A DNA stretch of 64,000 nt from Polyangiaceae bacterium. GTDB lineage: Bacteria; Myxococcota_A; Polyangia; Polyangiales; Polyangiaceae. Where the stretch lies: the NCBI GenBank assembly GCA_044222475.1, contig JBGANF010000030.1, positions 1 to 64,000 on the forward strand, in the 5' to 3' direction. This document shows positions 28,281-38,576 of this stretch, piece after piece. Made by a program: the position numbers and the translations under genes. Under the pieces are notes generated by a model. That model saw nothing but the letters and a program-made list of their open reading frames with translations, had not been told where the DNA came from and made no database searches. How positions within the stretch are numbered: position 1 is the stretch's first letter; the number at the start of each line of letters is the position of its first letter.

Positions 28281-30934
28281 TCATGCTCCGGCGAAAGGTC
28301 CTCGTTTCGACCTTGCTCTGCGCGCTCGCGACGTCGATTCCGGTCGACGCGCTCGCACAGACGCAAGGCGAGAACACGGCCGCGCCGTCGACGCTCGAAC
28401 CGCCGAAGCTCGTGACCTTCGTCGAGGCCGAGTACCCGCCCGACGAGAAGGCCGCGGGCAAACAGGCGACCGTCGTCCTTCAGGTCGGCATCGCCGTCGA
28501 CGGAACCGTCGCGGCAGTCGCGATCGTCGAGTCCGCGGGGAAGGCGTTCGACGACGCCGCGCTGGCCGCGGTGAAGAAGTTCGTCTTCTCTCCGGCGAAG
28601 CGCGATGGGAAGCCGATCCCGGTCCGAATCGTCTACCGCTACGCGTTCGAGATCAAAGAGACCCAGGTCAAGCGCACCACCGCGGACTTCACCGGTGTCG
28701 TCCGCGATCGCAAGACGAAGAAGCCCGTCGCCGGAGTCACCGTCGCCCTCGACACCGCGCAGAGCGCGGTCACCGGCGAGGACGGACGCTTCACCATCCC
28801 CGAGGTCGCGCCCGGCCCGCACACCGTGACCCTTTCTGCGACGACGCTCACCCCGGTGAGCACGCAGGAGACGTTCGAGGCCTCGAAGCAGCTCGATGCG
28901 ACGTACGACGTCGAGCTCAAGTCGGGCAAGCCGAGCGACGACGACGACGACTTCGAGGTCGTCGTGACCGCGCCCAAGATCGTGCGCCAGGCGGTCTCGA
29001 CCGAGATCACCGCGACGCAGGCGGCGAAGATCCCCGGGACGAGCGGCGACGTCCTCCGCGTCGTCGAGTCGATGCCCGGCGTCGCTCGCGCGACGGTCGG
29101 CACCGGCGCGATCATCGTGTGGGGCGCGGCGCCCGAGGACACCGGCGTCTACGTCGATGGCGTGCGCGTGCCGCGGCTCTACCACGACGGCGGGTACCGC
29201 TCGATCATCCACTCGGACATGGTCCGCAGCGTCGAGCTCATCCCCGCGGCGTACGGCGCGACGTGGGGCCGCGGCATCGGCGGCATCATCAACGTCGGGC
29301 TGAAGCCGCTCGACGACGTTCGGCTGAAGGGCACGGCCCAAGTCGACGTGCTCGACAGCTCGCTCGCACTCCGCGCTCCGCTCGGGAAGGACCTCCATTT
29401 CTCGTTGGCTGGCCGTGGGAGCTACGTGCGCGAGATCGTCCGCTCGATCGCCCCGGCCGACGCCGAGGACGTCGTCCCTTTGCCGCGCTACGGCGACGGC
29501 CAGGCGCGGCTCGTGCTCGACCTCGGCAAGCGCGAGCACATCGAGGCCGGCGGACTCTTCTCGACCGACGCGATCGATCGCGTCCTCGTCGATCCGGATC
29601 CGACCCGAACCAAGCGCGAGTCGCGCGGGACGACGTTCGGTCGCGCGTGGATCCGGTACACGAAGACGACGACGGACGGCGCCGCGATCACCGTCCTCCC
29701 CTACTACGGCCGCACCCTCGCGACGCGCGAGGACAAGTTCGGCGCGACGCCGGCCCAGCTCGACTCCACCGCGAACGTCTTTGCCCTGCGCGCGTCGTGG
29801 CGATCGCAGCTCTTCCCCTGGCTCGCGCTCTCGCTCGGGCTCGACGCCGAGATGACGCTCACCGAGATCGGCCGAAGCGGCTCGCTCACGACGCCGGCGC
29901 GCGAGGGCGACGTGCGCGTGTTCGGACAGCCGCCGTCGGATCAAGTCAACGTCGACCGCTGGAACGCGGCGATCGGCAGCCTCGGGACGTACGCCGAGGC
30001 GGACCTCGGGCTGTTCGGCGGCAAGCTCCACGTGACGCCGGGGTTCCGCGTCGAGCCCTACGTCGTCAGCGTGAGCAAGTCGCTTCCGGTGCAGGGCGGA
30101 AAACCAGAGCTCGGGCTCTTCACCCAAGACACCGCGCTCGAGCCGCGCATCGCCGTGCGTTGGGACGCGACGTCTCGAGTCACCGCCAAAGCAGCGTTCG
30201 GCGTCTTCCACCAGGCGCCCGCCGCCGAGGATCTCTCGGCGGTCTTCGGCAATCCCAGTTTGGGACTGGCCTCCGCGAAACACTCGCTGGTCGGCGGATC
30301 GTTCAAGCTCACGAAGACGACGACGATGGAGGTCACCGGCTTCTACGACGTCATGGACGATCTCGTCACGCGGAGCACGTCGCCCACCCCGGCGATCGCG
30401 CGCGCGCTCGTCCAGGGCGGCTCCGGGCGCGCGTACGGCGTGCAGATGCTCCTCCGCCAGGAGCAGATCGGACCGTTCTTCGGGTGGATCAGCTACGGCA
30501 TCACGCGGAGCGAACGCCAGGACTCGCCCGGCGGGCGCTACCGCCTGTTCGACTACGACCAATCCCACACGATCACGGCCGTCGGCTCGCTCGACCTCGG
30601 CAAGGGATGGGAGGTCGGCCTGCGTCTTCGCTTCTCCACTGGCTTCCCGCGAACCCCGGTCGTCGGCGCGACGTACAACTCGCGCACGGACACGTACGAG
30701 CCCGTCTTCGGAGACAAGAACACCACCCGCATTCCGGTGTTCTTCCAGGCCGACGCGCGCGTCGCGAAGAGCTTCCACTTCGGCGGGACCGAGCTGCAGG
30801 TCTACCTCGACGTGTACAACTTCATCGCTCGGAACAACCCGGAAGAGCTCGTCTACAACTACGACTACACCCAGCGCAGCACGATCACCGGGATCCCGAT
30901 CCTCCCGGTCTTGGGGGTGAAATGGAACTTCTGA
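28277..30934 (+). CDS. TonB-dependent receptor with N-terminal TonB_C and carboxypeptidase-regulatory-like domains
   Basis: Signal peptide; 'EAEYPPDEKAAGKQATVVLQV'; plug 'IPGTSGDVLRVVESMPGV', 'VYVDGVRVP'; barrel ending 'GVKWNF'. Confidence 0.9.
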   Translation: MIMLRRKVLVSTLLCALATSIPVDALAQTQGENTAAPSTLEPPKLVTFVEAEYPPDEKAAGKQATVVLQVGIAVDGTVAAVAIVESAGKAFDDAALAAVKKFVFSPAKRDGKPIPVRIVYRYAFEIKETQVKRTTADFTGVVRDRKTKKPVAGVTVALDTAQSAVTGEDGRFTIPEVAPGPHTVTLSATTLTPVSTQETFEASKQLDATYDVELKSGKPSDDDDDFEVVVTAPKIVRQAVSTEITATQAAKIPGTSGDVLRVVESMPGVARATVGTGAIIVWGAAPEDTGVYVDGVRVPRLYHDGGYRSIIHSDMVRSVELIPAAYGATWGRGIGGIINVGLKPLDDVRLKGTAQVDVLDSSLALRAPLGKDLHFSLAGRGSYVREIVRSIAPADAEDVVPLPRYGDGQARLVLDLGKREHIEAGGLFSTDAIDRVLVDPDPTRTKRESRGTTFGRAWIRYTKTTTDGAAITVLPYYGRTLATREDKFGATPAQLDSTANVFALRASWRSQLFPWLALSLGLDAEMTLTEIGRSGSLTTPAREGDVRVFGQPPSDQVNVDRWNAAIGSLGTYAEADLGLFGGKLHVTPGFRVEPYVVSVSKSLPVQGGKPELGLFTQDTALEPRIAVRWDATSRVTAKAAFGVFHQAPAAEDLSAVFGNPSLGLASAKHSLVGGSFKLTKTTTMEVTGFYDVMDDLVTRSTSPTPAIARALVQGGSGRAYGVQMLLRQEQIGPFFGWISYGITRSERQDSPGGRYRLFDYDQSHTITAVGSLDLGKGWEVGLRLRFSTGFPRTPVVGATYNSRTDTYEPVFGDKNTTRIPVFFQADARVAKSFHFGGTELQVYLDVYNFIARNNPEELVYNYDYTQRSTITGIPILPVLGVKWNF

Positions 30935-31962
30935 ACGGTCTCCGTCGCGCGGCGCCGATCGCGGTGCTCGCCTTTGCGCTCGCTCCGGCGTGCAAGCCCG
31001 ATCTCGAAGGTCGGCCGTCTCGCGTCGACGGTCCTCGGCTCCTCGCCGTGCGCGCGGTCCCGGCCGAGGTCGAGACACGAGACCCGTTCCGCTTGGATTC
31101 GCTCGTCGTGGACCAAAATGGGACGATCGCAACGACGCTCGACTACGGCTTCTGCGTCGCGCGGAAGCCCCTCTCCGAGCTCGGATCGGTCGCGCGGGCC
31201 TGCGTCGACGGCGCGCCGGGCGCGATCGTCCCGATCGGACCAGCGGCGATCATGCCTGACGACGCGTGCCGCAATTTCGGCCCCGAGGTCCCGCCGCCGA
31301 AGCCCGGCGAGGATCCGGGTCGGCCGTTCGATCCCGATCTGACCGGGGGCTACTACCAACCCATCCGCGCGTTCGGCGCCGGCGAGAGCGTGCGCGCGGA
31401 GGTGGCTCAGATCCGCGTCTCGTGCGGCGTGTTCGGTGCGTCGGCGGAGCAGGCCGCCGACTTCCGCGCGCACTACCACCCGAACGGCAACCCCGAGGTC
31501 GCCGCGCTGCGGATCGACGGCGTCGTGGTCGACGACACGAAGCCAGCGACGGCGATCGCCGGGTCGACGGTCGTCCTCGCCGCGTCTTGGGCAGGCTGCC
31601 CGATGACCGATGCGTGCGGCGACGGCGTATGCGGGCCCGACGAGACGCGGGCCGACTGCGCCGCGGACTGCGCCGGGACGGCACCTAAGGCCTGCACCGG
31701 CGCCGAGCGGTACGCGTACTTCGACGCCGGGGCTCGCGCGGTGGTGCGCCGCCGCGAGTCGATCGTCGCGAGCTGGTACGCCACCGGCGGCGATTTCGCC
31801 GCCGATCGCAGCGGGCGCACCGAAGACGATCTCACGACCGACACGTCGACGGGGTGGACGTTGCCCGCCGAGCCGGGCCTCCTCCACGGGTGGGTGGTCC
31901 TGCGCGACGACCGCGGGGGCGTCGGTTTTCGGGCCTTCACGCTCCAGGTGGTGGCCCGATGA
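30922..31962 (+). CDS. TBDR-associated lipoprotein
   Basis: Lipobox 'LAPAC', 'PRLLAVRAVPAE', 'SWYATGG', 'VVLRDDRGGV'. Confidence 0.75.
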   Translation: MELLNGLRRAAPIAVLAFALAPACKPDLEGRPSRVDGPRLLAVRAVPAEVETRDPFRLDSLVVDQNGTIATTLDYGFCVARKPLSELGSVARACVDGAPGAIVPIGPAAIMPDDACRNFGPEVPPPKPGEDPGRPFDPDLTGGYYQPIRAFGAGESVRAEVAQIRVSCGVFGASAEQAADFRAHYHPNGNPEVAALRIDGVVVDDTKPATAIAGSTVVLAASWAGCPMTDACGDGVCGPDETRADCAADCAGTAPKACTGAERYAYFDAGARAVVRRRESIVASWYATGGDFAADRSGRTEDDLTTDTSTGWTLPAEPGLLHGWVVLRDDRGGVGFRAFTLQVVAR

Positions 31963-31963
31963 C

Positions 31964-32012
31964 CTCACCGAATTGTTCCGCGTTCGTCACGAACGCTACC
32001 CGAAGCCGTCAC
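31964..32012 (+). promoter_or_regulatory. Putative Pho-box-like direct repeats
   Basis: CTCAC (31964), GTTCC (31975), GTCAC (31986), GTCAC (32008) on an 11-bp register upstream of a PhoB-like gene. Confidence 0.4.
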
Positions 32013-32036
32013 GCCCCCACCGCACGGTAACGGGTC

Positions 32037-32744
32037 ATGGCCGCGAAGATCCTGATCGTGGAGGACGAGCCAGACCTGCAGCAGGTGCTCGCCTACAACG
32101 TGAGACAGTCGGGCTATTCCCCCGTGATCGCCGGCACCGGAGCCGAGGCGTTGCGTCTCGCCCACGGCGAGCGACCCGATCTGATCCTCCTCGACCTCAT
32201 GCTGCCCGACATGCCGGGCATGGACGTGTGTCGCGCCATCCGGCGTGATCCGTCGAACGAAGGGTGCGGGGTCGTGATCGTGAGCGCCCGAGGCGAGGAG
32301 ATCGATCGCGTCGTCGGGTTCGAGCTCGGCGCCGACGACTACGTCGTCAAGCCGTTCAGCCCGCGCGAGCTCATGTTGCGCGTCGCCGCCGTCCTGCGAC
32401 GCCGAGGAGCGCCCGGCTCGGGACACGCGGACGCCGTCGGCTCCGAGTCCGGGACGTTCGGAGTCCTTCGGCTCGACGAGGAGGCTCATCGCGTGTGGGT
32501 CTCCGGCACGGAGATCGAGCTGACCGCGCTCGAGTTTCGCCTGCTTGCGACCCTCTTCCGCGGAAGGAACAAGGTCCACACCCGCAACATGCTCGTGGAC
32601 ACCGTGTGGGACTCCGAGGCGTCCGTCACGATGCGAGCGGTGGACACCCACGTGAAGCGCCTGCGCGAGAAGCTCGGCGCGGCCGGCCACTACATCGAGA
32701 CCGTGCGCGGCGTCGGCTACCGCTTCGCCGACTCGCCGACGTGA
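32037..32744 (+). CDS. OmpR/PhoB-family response regulator (PhoB-like)
   Basis: 'ILIVEDE', 'LLDLMLPDMPG', 'GADDYVVKPFSPREL', 'RAVDTHVKRLREKLG', 'IETVRGVGYRF'. Confidence 0.9.
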   Translation: MAAKILIVEDEPDLQQVLAYNVRQSGYSPVIAGTGAEALRLAHGERPDLILLDLMLPDMPGMDVCRAIRRDPSNEGCGVVIVSARGEEIDRVVGFELGADDYVVKPFSPRELMLRVAAVLRRRGAPGSGHADAVGSESGTFGVLRLDEEAHRVWVSGTEIELTALEFRLLATLFRGRNKVHTRNMLVDTVWDSEASVTMRAVDTHVKRLREKLGAAGHYIETVRGVGYRFADSPT

Positions 32745-32747
32745 CCG

Positions 32748-33224
32748 TCAGCGGACTTCGAGGAGCTCGATCTCGAAGATCAACGTCGAGCCCGCAGGGA
32801 TCTTCGGAGGATGCCCGCGATCGCCGTAGCCCAGCTCGGGCGGGATGGTCAGGCGCCGGATCTCGCCTTCGCGCATCCCTTCGACGCCCTCGTCCCAACC
32901 TTTGATCACCTGGCCGCTGCCGAGGATGAACTCGAACGGACCTCGGCCGCGCGACGTGTCGAACTGCTTCCCGTCGACCAGCGTCCCCACGTAATGGACG
33001 ACGACGTGACGTCCTCGCGCTGCGAGGTTGCCGTGGCCCTGACGGATCTGTTCGATCTGCAAGCCGCTCGGCAGCAGCCGCGTGCGGAGCGGCGGCGGCG
33101 CTTCGGGCTGGACGGCCGGCTGCGCGGAGGGAAGCGGCGCGATCACCTCCGCCGTGGCGGGGGGTGACTCGGCGGGCGTGCACGCGACGAGCAGGGCGAC
33201 GAGCAGCGGGATCGTTCGCCTCAC
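32748..33224 (-). CDS. FKBP-type peptidyl-prolyl isomerase, lipoprotein
   Basis: '[16 protein letters not shown]', 'VIKGWDEGV', 'IPPELGYG', '[10 protein letters not shown]'; lipobox 'LLVAC'. Confidence 0.9.
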   Translation of the reverse strand: MRRTIPLLVALLVACTPAESPPATAEVIAPLPSAQPAVQPEAPPPLRTRLLPSGLQIEQIRQGHGNLAARGRHVVVHYVGTLVDGKQFDTSRGRGPFEFILGSGQVIKGWDEGVEGMREGEIRRLTIPPELGYGDRGHPPKIPAGSTLIFEIELLEVR

Positions 33225-33299
33225 GGGGCGAGAGTAGCCGAATCGACCGACGCAAGGATTGCGCTTCAAACGGCGTCCCTCCGTGGTTATTTTCGAAGC

Positions 33300-33806
33300 A
33301 TGAACCCCACCGAGCTGAAGGCCAGTCTGCGGGTGCTGTTGGCCGTCGCCCTCGCCGACGGCGAGGTCGCGTCGGACGAGCGGAGGCTCCTCGCGGGGGT
33401 CGCCGACCAACTCGGCGTCCCGCTCACCATCGACGAGAGCGCAGGCAAGGATCTCTACGCCGCGCTGCACCAGATCACGTCCGAGGAGGGCAAACGGATC
33501 ACCTTCGACGCGGCGCTCGCGCTGGCGAACGTCGACGGCAAGTGCGCTCCGGCCGAGCACGAGCTCTTGATTCGCATTCGCGACGCGCTGGCGCCGGCGA
33601 GCACCATCCCGCTCGAGAAGACCGAGCGGCAGTGGGGCGCGAAGATGAAGAAGGCACGCGCCGAGATCGACCACGTGTCCGATACGTTCCTCGACGACAT
33701 CGCGGCGCACCGCGACTCGCTCACGCCCCTCGCCTACCAGAAGATGGTCGCCGATCTGGAGCGGAAGAAGTCCGACGTCCTGCGCCACGCGATCAGCGAC
33801 GACTGA
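33300..33806 (+). CDS. TerB-like protein
   Basis: '[16 protein letters not shown]' and '[16 protein letters not shown]' motifs. Confidence 0.7.
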   Translation: MNPTELKASLRVLLAVALADGEVASDERRLLAGVADQLGVPLTIDESAGKDLYAALHQITSEEGKRITFDAALALANVDGKCAPAEHELLIRIRDALAPASTIPLEKTERQWGAKMKKARAEIDHVSDTFLDDIAAHRDSLTPLAYQKMVADLERKKSDVLRHAISDD

Positions 33807-33946
33807 TCAACCCTTCTTCTGGAACATCTTGAAGAAGCGCGCGAAGATCCCGGGCGAGAAGTCGACGTCACCCATCTTGTCGAGCTCTTCCTTCGCCTTC
33901 GCCTTCTCGGCCTCGAGGATGGGGATGATCTTCTCGCCGATCGCCA
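33807..33946 (-). repeat. Exact 140-bp direct repeat of 35418-35557 (3' end of the zinc-ribbon gene)
   Basis: Base-for-base match from TCAACCCTTCTTC to GATCGCCA. Confidence 0.92.
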
Positions 33947-33952
33947 CGCGGC

Positions 33953-35421
33953 TCACTCCGCAAGCACGTCGATCTCGCCCATCGACGAGTACGTCCCGAA
34001 ACGCACCGGCGAGTCGAAGAAGACCATCCGATACGCTCCCCGCGACGGCGGTGCGCACTCGATCGTCATCGTGGTGCCCCGCGAATCGACGTCGCAGCGC
34101 TTGGAGACGCCTCCCGCCTTGCGGCATCAGGGATGCGAGGAGGTAACGCCCTCGCCGTTCTCGATGGTCGCCACCGCCGAGCTTCGCACCGTGATCTGCG
34201 AGCGATCGGGCGACACGAGCTTCCACCCGTGCCCGACGAAGCTCGGCTCCAGCTGGGGGATGCGCATGAACTCCCCGCGTGAGATGGGCGTGTCGCGCAG
34301 CTGCCACTTCGGGTCTTCGGAAAGTGGTCCGCCCTGGAACACCTCCGGCGGAGGAAGAGGTAGTCGGTGCGGTAGTCCTTGCGGAAGTGGTCGTGCTCGG
34401 TGGAGCCCGGCTTCGCATGGCCCGCATCCCACGTCGCGTCGACGAGCCACTTCTTCTGCTCGATGACGACGACGTTCCACGCGTGGCCACTGCCGTCGAC
34501 CTCGCCGCTAGCGCCCTTGGCGACGCCGGGGACGAAGTCGATCACGTACCCCGCCGCCTTGCCGAGCCCATGAGCAAGCCTGCATAGCCCGCACACACGC
34601 CGACGCGTGACGCGAGCACGCGGGAGGGCTCTTTGCTTGGTGACGTACGTGCCGTCGTCCAGCGCGGGGAAGTCGTACGCGACGTGATCCGCGACCCAGT
34701 CGTGGAGCAGCTTGAAGCGACGGTACGGATCGGACTCGAGACCGACCAAGTACGCGGCGAGCAGCGGGATCGTCGCCTCGGAGGCCGGCGGTACGCTGCG
34801 CACGCGCGGATCGATGTCCGGATCGGACGGCCACGGGCGAGCCGGATCGAAGGGCTTCGCCTTCGGCGCCGTGACCTCGGGTGGCACGGGGGTGCCGTCA
34901 CCGGAGAGGTCGAAGGTGTCACCGCGCGGGAGCGGCGGGTCGTCACCCTTCTTTCGCTCCGGCTCGTCGCCCTCGGCCGCGGACTCGTGAGCGAGCCGGT
35001 AGAGCCAGTCGAACGAATCGGCGACGCCGAGCAGAACGCGCCGCGCGCCGCGCGCCGCGGTGCCGTCGTGACCGTCGAGCATCCAGTCGCCGCGCGCGGA
35101 CACGGCGCGAACCGCCGCCGCCGGCCGCGTGCCGAGGAGCACTCCGAGGAAGAGCACGTTGATCGCGAGCGTCCGCAGAAGCAGTCGATCGCCGAGCGTG
35201 AGGAAACGCCGACTCTTGTCGTTCCGCTGACGAAACTGAGCGAACGCCTCCCACGCCCCAGGGAGGACTGGGAAGAGGAGGAGCCCAGCGAAAGCCGTGA
35301 GCCACGTCGAGCGGTTCGCGTAGGCCGCGAGCGACGACGCGAACCACGCGCCGAAGAGGGGCGTGAGGACGACGAACGCCGCCCACAGCGCCTTGATGAA
35401 GAAGAGAGGTGCTCGCTTCAA
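33953..35421 (-). pseudogene. Membrane-anchored transglutaminase-like protein with several frameshifts (pseudogene or sequencing error)
   Basis: 'LHDWVADHVAYD'; 'GVCAGYA' in a different frame; 'HAWNVV', 'VDATWDAG'; 3' segments spread over three frames ending '...GEIDVLAE*' at 33953. Confidence 0.75.
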
Positions 35422-35918
35422 CCCTTCTTCTGGAACATCTTGAAGAAGCGCGCGAAGATCCCGGGCGAGAAGTCGACGTCACCCATCTTGTCGAGCTCTT
35501 CCTTCGCCTTCGCCTTCTCGGCCTCGAGGATGGGGATGATCTTCTCGCCGATCGCCATGACCTGATCGACCTCGCCCTTGTCGAGCCAGATGCCGCCGCA
35601 GCTGCGGCAGCGGTCGATCTCGACGCTCTGCGCTTCGTACTTCACGTCCTGGATGAGCATCGCGTGGTGGCAGCGCGGACACTTGATGTTGCCATCGCGC
35701 ACGGAGCCGCCGGCTTCGGGCCGGTCCCAGATGGAGGGATCGGCCTTGACGCCGAACGCACCGAACATCTCACCGGTGTCGAAGAACTGGCCATGGCACT
35801 TCTGGCACACGTCGAGGACGGCTTCGCCCTGCTCGTGCTCCTTCATGATCGAGTGATCGCGCGGACACTCGAGGACCACGTTCTTCATGTGCTTCGCCCC
35901 AACCGCCGAATGTGCCAT
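35418..35918 (-). CDS. Tandem zf-TFIIB-like zinc-ribbon protein
   Basis: 'CPRD...DVCQKCHGQFFDTGE' and 'CPRC...IDRCRSCGGIWLDKGE'; GGAGG RBS. Confidence 0.85.
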   Translation of the reverse strand: MAHSAVGAKHMKNVVLECPRDHSIMKEHEQGEAVLDVCQKCHGQFFDTGEMFGAFGVKADPSIWDRPEAGGSVRDGNIKCPRCHHAMLIQDVKYEAQSVEIDRCRSCGGIWLDKGEVDQVMAIGEKIIPILEAEKAKAKEELDKMGDVDFSPGIFARFFKMFQKKG

Positions 35919-35950
35919 CGAAACCTCCAGGGTTCCCGAAGGTACCGCAC

Positions 35951-36826
35951 CTAAAACGCCGTCGAAACGACGAACTTCGCCCCCCCGACCAGCGTGCCAT
36001 TGAACGTGCCTTTGGCGTCGGCGGTCGTCGTTCCAGCGCCCTCGTCGAAGCGCCAGTACGCAGCCAATTGGGGCGTGTTCGCGGCGACCGGCTTCTTCAT
36101 GTCGGTCAGGATTTCGCCGGCAGTGCGGGCGACGGTCCAGACGCGGACCTCGTCGACGAGGCCGTTGAATCCGCCGGCGAGGCTGGTCCCGTCGGTGGCG
36201 ACCCTGCCAGCGATCCGAAACGCCACCGCCGGCCCGCCATGCACGAAGCTCGCCGATGCAGTGATCGTCTTCGCGACGATCCCGTTCACGATCAAGTTGA
36301 ACACCGCGCCGCTCTTCGTGACCGCGACGTGGACCCACGATCCGAGGGGAATCGGTGCGGAGAGGAGCTGGTACCCCGCGACGTAGAGTCCGTGGTCCGA
36401 TCCGGTCGAGTCGCTCATCTCGAAGAAGAGCTGCCCCAGCGCGGTGAACCCGAGACGAAACTGGCCTTGGCCCTGCCCGGAGCGATCCTTCGCGGCGACA
36501 TAGGTCTCGCCGGCGAACCCCGCGGGTTTCACCCACGCCTCCAGAGTGAAGTCCGGTGGGATGGGCAGCGCGCCGACCTGCACGTACTGCGCGCCGCTCA
36601 CCGAGAGCGCCCAGCCGGCGTTCACCGGTGCGTCCGGCGCGCCGTCGATCGGTTTCGGCGCATCTTCGGGTTCGACCCCGTCGAACGTCGCATCGTCGGG
36701 GAGCACGACGACGACGTCGGCGGAGGCATCGAGCCCGCCCGCGTCGTCCTCGACGTGCGCCGTGCCCGCCGCCGACAGGCCGCAGCCGATCGCGAACGCG
36801 ATCGCGATGAGCGCAAGTCGACGCAT
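35951..36826 (-). CDS. LamG/concanavalin-like domain lipoprotein
   Basis: Lipobox 'FAIGC'; 'FTLEAWVKP', 'WVHVAVT', 'FNGLVDEVRVW', 'AYWRFDEGAG'. Confidence 0.85.
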   Translation of the reverse strand: MRRLALIAIAFAIGCGLSAAGTAHVEDDAGGLDASADVVVVLPDDATFDGVEPEDAPKPIDGAPDAPVNAGWALSVSGAQYVQVGALPIPPDFTLEAWVKPAGFAGETYVAAKDRSGQGQGQFRLGFTALGQLFFEMSDSTGSDHGLYVAGYQLLSAPIPLGSWVHVAVTKSGAVFNLIVNGIVAKTITASASFVHGGPAVAFRIAGRVATDGTSLAGGFNGLVDEVRVWTVARTAGEILTDMKKPVAANTPQLAAYWRFDEGAGTTTADAKGTFNGTLVGGAKFVVSTAF

Positions 36827-36840
36827 CCTCCGAGTCTAGC

Positions 36841-37914
36841 TCACCCCGGCGGCACGCAGAACCCGGCGACGCAGACGGACGTGCAACACTCGGTTCCGGT
36901 CGCGCACGTGGTTCCCGTCAGCTTGCACGGGGAGAGCGGCGCCGCACAGGCGCCCTTCTCGCATCGATTCGTGCAGCACTCGGCGTTCTGCTTGCAACCC
37001 GCGCCCTCCGCTTTGCACACGATGGTGCAGACCTTGGCCGCGCACTTCCCGAAGCAGCACTCCGGATCCGACCCGCACGCCGTGCTGAGGCCCTTGCACG
37101 TCGCCGTCGGGAGCGAGCACCGAGGCGGGTCGTACGTCTTGTCGCAGAAGCCGGCGCAGCAATCGCCCGTCCCACCCGCGCACGCCTCCCCCGGTGGCCG
37201 ACACGTGGGCAGCGTCGGGTCGGCTTCGCACTTGAGCTTGTTGCAGACGTTGGAGCAGCACTCGGCGTTGGTGGCGCAGGCCGCGCCGCGCACGATGCAC
37301 AGCCCACCGCACGCACCGCCGAAGCACCCGAGGGAGCAACAGTCGGCGGCGCGGGTGCACGGAACGCCGTCCGCCGCGCACGCCGCCGCGCACGTCTTGC
37401 CACCGTTCACGTCGCTGACGCAGCGACCGGTGCAACACGCCGAAGCGTCGGTGCATGGTGCGCCGGTGGGCGCGCACGTCGCGGCGCCCAAACAGATCCC
37501 TTGGTCGCAGCGGCCGGAGCAACAGTCGATGCCGGTCGTGCACGTGCCACCACCCGCGGTGCAGTCCGACGGCCGACACGTGCCACCGCTGCAAGCCGCC
37601 GAGCAACACAGACCGGCTTCGGTGCAGGCCGCGCCGGAGCCCTGGCAGTTGCGCGGCGCACACGTCCCCTTCTCGCAGGCGTTCGAGCAGCACGCAGCGG
37701 CGACCGCACACGCGCCGCCGTTCGGCTGGCACGAGTCCGCAGCGGCACATGTCCCACCCGAGCACACGTTGGAGCAGCAATCGACCGGGGTCTGACACAC
37801 GGCGCCGCTCGCCCCGCACACCGCGGGATGCGGGCGATCGAGCGGCACCGTCTCGGTGCACGCGATCGCGGCCAGCACGAGAAACACCGCGATGAAGGGC
37901 AGCCGGATCTTCAC
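36841..37914 (-). CDS. Cys-rich repeat lipoprotein
   Basis: Lipobox 'AAIAC'; many 'GxxCxxxxxCCSxxC' repeats; GTG start with GGAGAGG RBS. Confidence 0.8.
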   Translation of the reverse strand: MKIRLPFIAVFLVLAAIACTETVPLDRPHPAVCGASGAVCQTPVDCCSNVCSGGTCAAADSCQPNGGACAVAAACCSNACEKGTCAPRNCQGSGAACTEAGLCCSAACSGGTCRPSDCTAGGGTCTTGIDCCSGRCDQGICLGAATCAPTGAPCTDASACCTGRCVSDVNGGKTCAAACAADGVPCTRAADCCSLGCFGGACGGLCIVRGAACATNAECCSNVCNKLKCEADPTLPTCRPPGEACAGGTGDCCAGFCDKTYDPPRCSLPTATCKGLSTACGSDPECCFGKCAAKVCTIVCKAEGAGCKQNAECCTNRCEKGACAAPLSPCKLTGTTCATGTECCTSVCVAGFCVPPG

Positions 37915-37970
37915 GTACCTCTCCCAGAGAATCGTAACCGAACGGCACCTTCCGGTTACTGTGATCGGCG

Positions 37971-38576
37971 ATGGCCTCCCCGGAGCTCCGCGTCGTACAC
38001 GCTCCGACCGACTTGGCCCTCGCGCAGCGTTGCGTGCAGGGCGACGTCTCGGCGCAGCGCGAGCTGTACCACCGCGAGAAGCGGCGGGTTCACGCGGTCT
38101 TGCACCGACTCCTCGGCTCGAACGCCCACATGGAAGACCTGATCCAGGAGAGCTTCTTCCAAATCTTCCGATCGCTTCACGGGTTTCGCGGCGAAGCGAC
38201 GCTCGGGACGTGGATCGACCGGTGCGCCGTCCGCGTCGGATACGCCCACATCGCATCGAAGAAGCTGCGGGCGGTTGCCATCGACGACGTGCACGAGCCG
38301 GAGTCCCACGCGCCAAGCGCCGAAAGCGTGCTCCGCGCCCGCGAGGCGACGCGGCGCCTCTACCGCACGCTCGATCGGATCGAGCCGAAGCAGCGGGTCG
38401 CGTTCGTGCTCCACGTCGTCGAAGGTCGGCCGATGGCCGAGGTCGCCCTCTTGATGGATGCGAGCGTCGTCGCGACGAAGGTGCGGGTCTGGCGCGCGCG
38501 GCGTTTCCTCGAGGCGCGAGCGCGCCGCGATCCGTGGCTGGCGGACTTCGTCGACGAAGGGAGGGCCGAGCCATGA
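37971..38576 (+). CDS. ECF sigma-70 factor
   Basis: Region 2 'EDLIQESFFQIFRSLHGFRGEATLGTWI'; region 4 'FVLHVVEGRPMAEVALLM...TKVRVWRAR'. Confidence 0.9.
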   Translation: MASPELRVVHAPTDLALAQRCVQGDVSAQRELYHREKRRVHAVLHRLLGSNAHMEDLIQESFFQIFRSLHGFRGEATLGTWIDRCAVRVGYAHIASKKLRAVAIDDVHEPESHAPSAESVLRAREATRRLYRTLDRIEPKQRVAFVLHVVEGRPMAEVALLMDASVVATKVRVWRARRFLEARARRDPWLADFVDEGRAEP

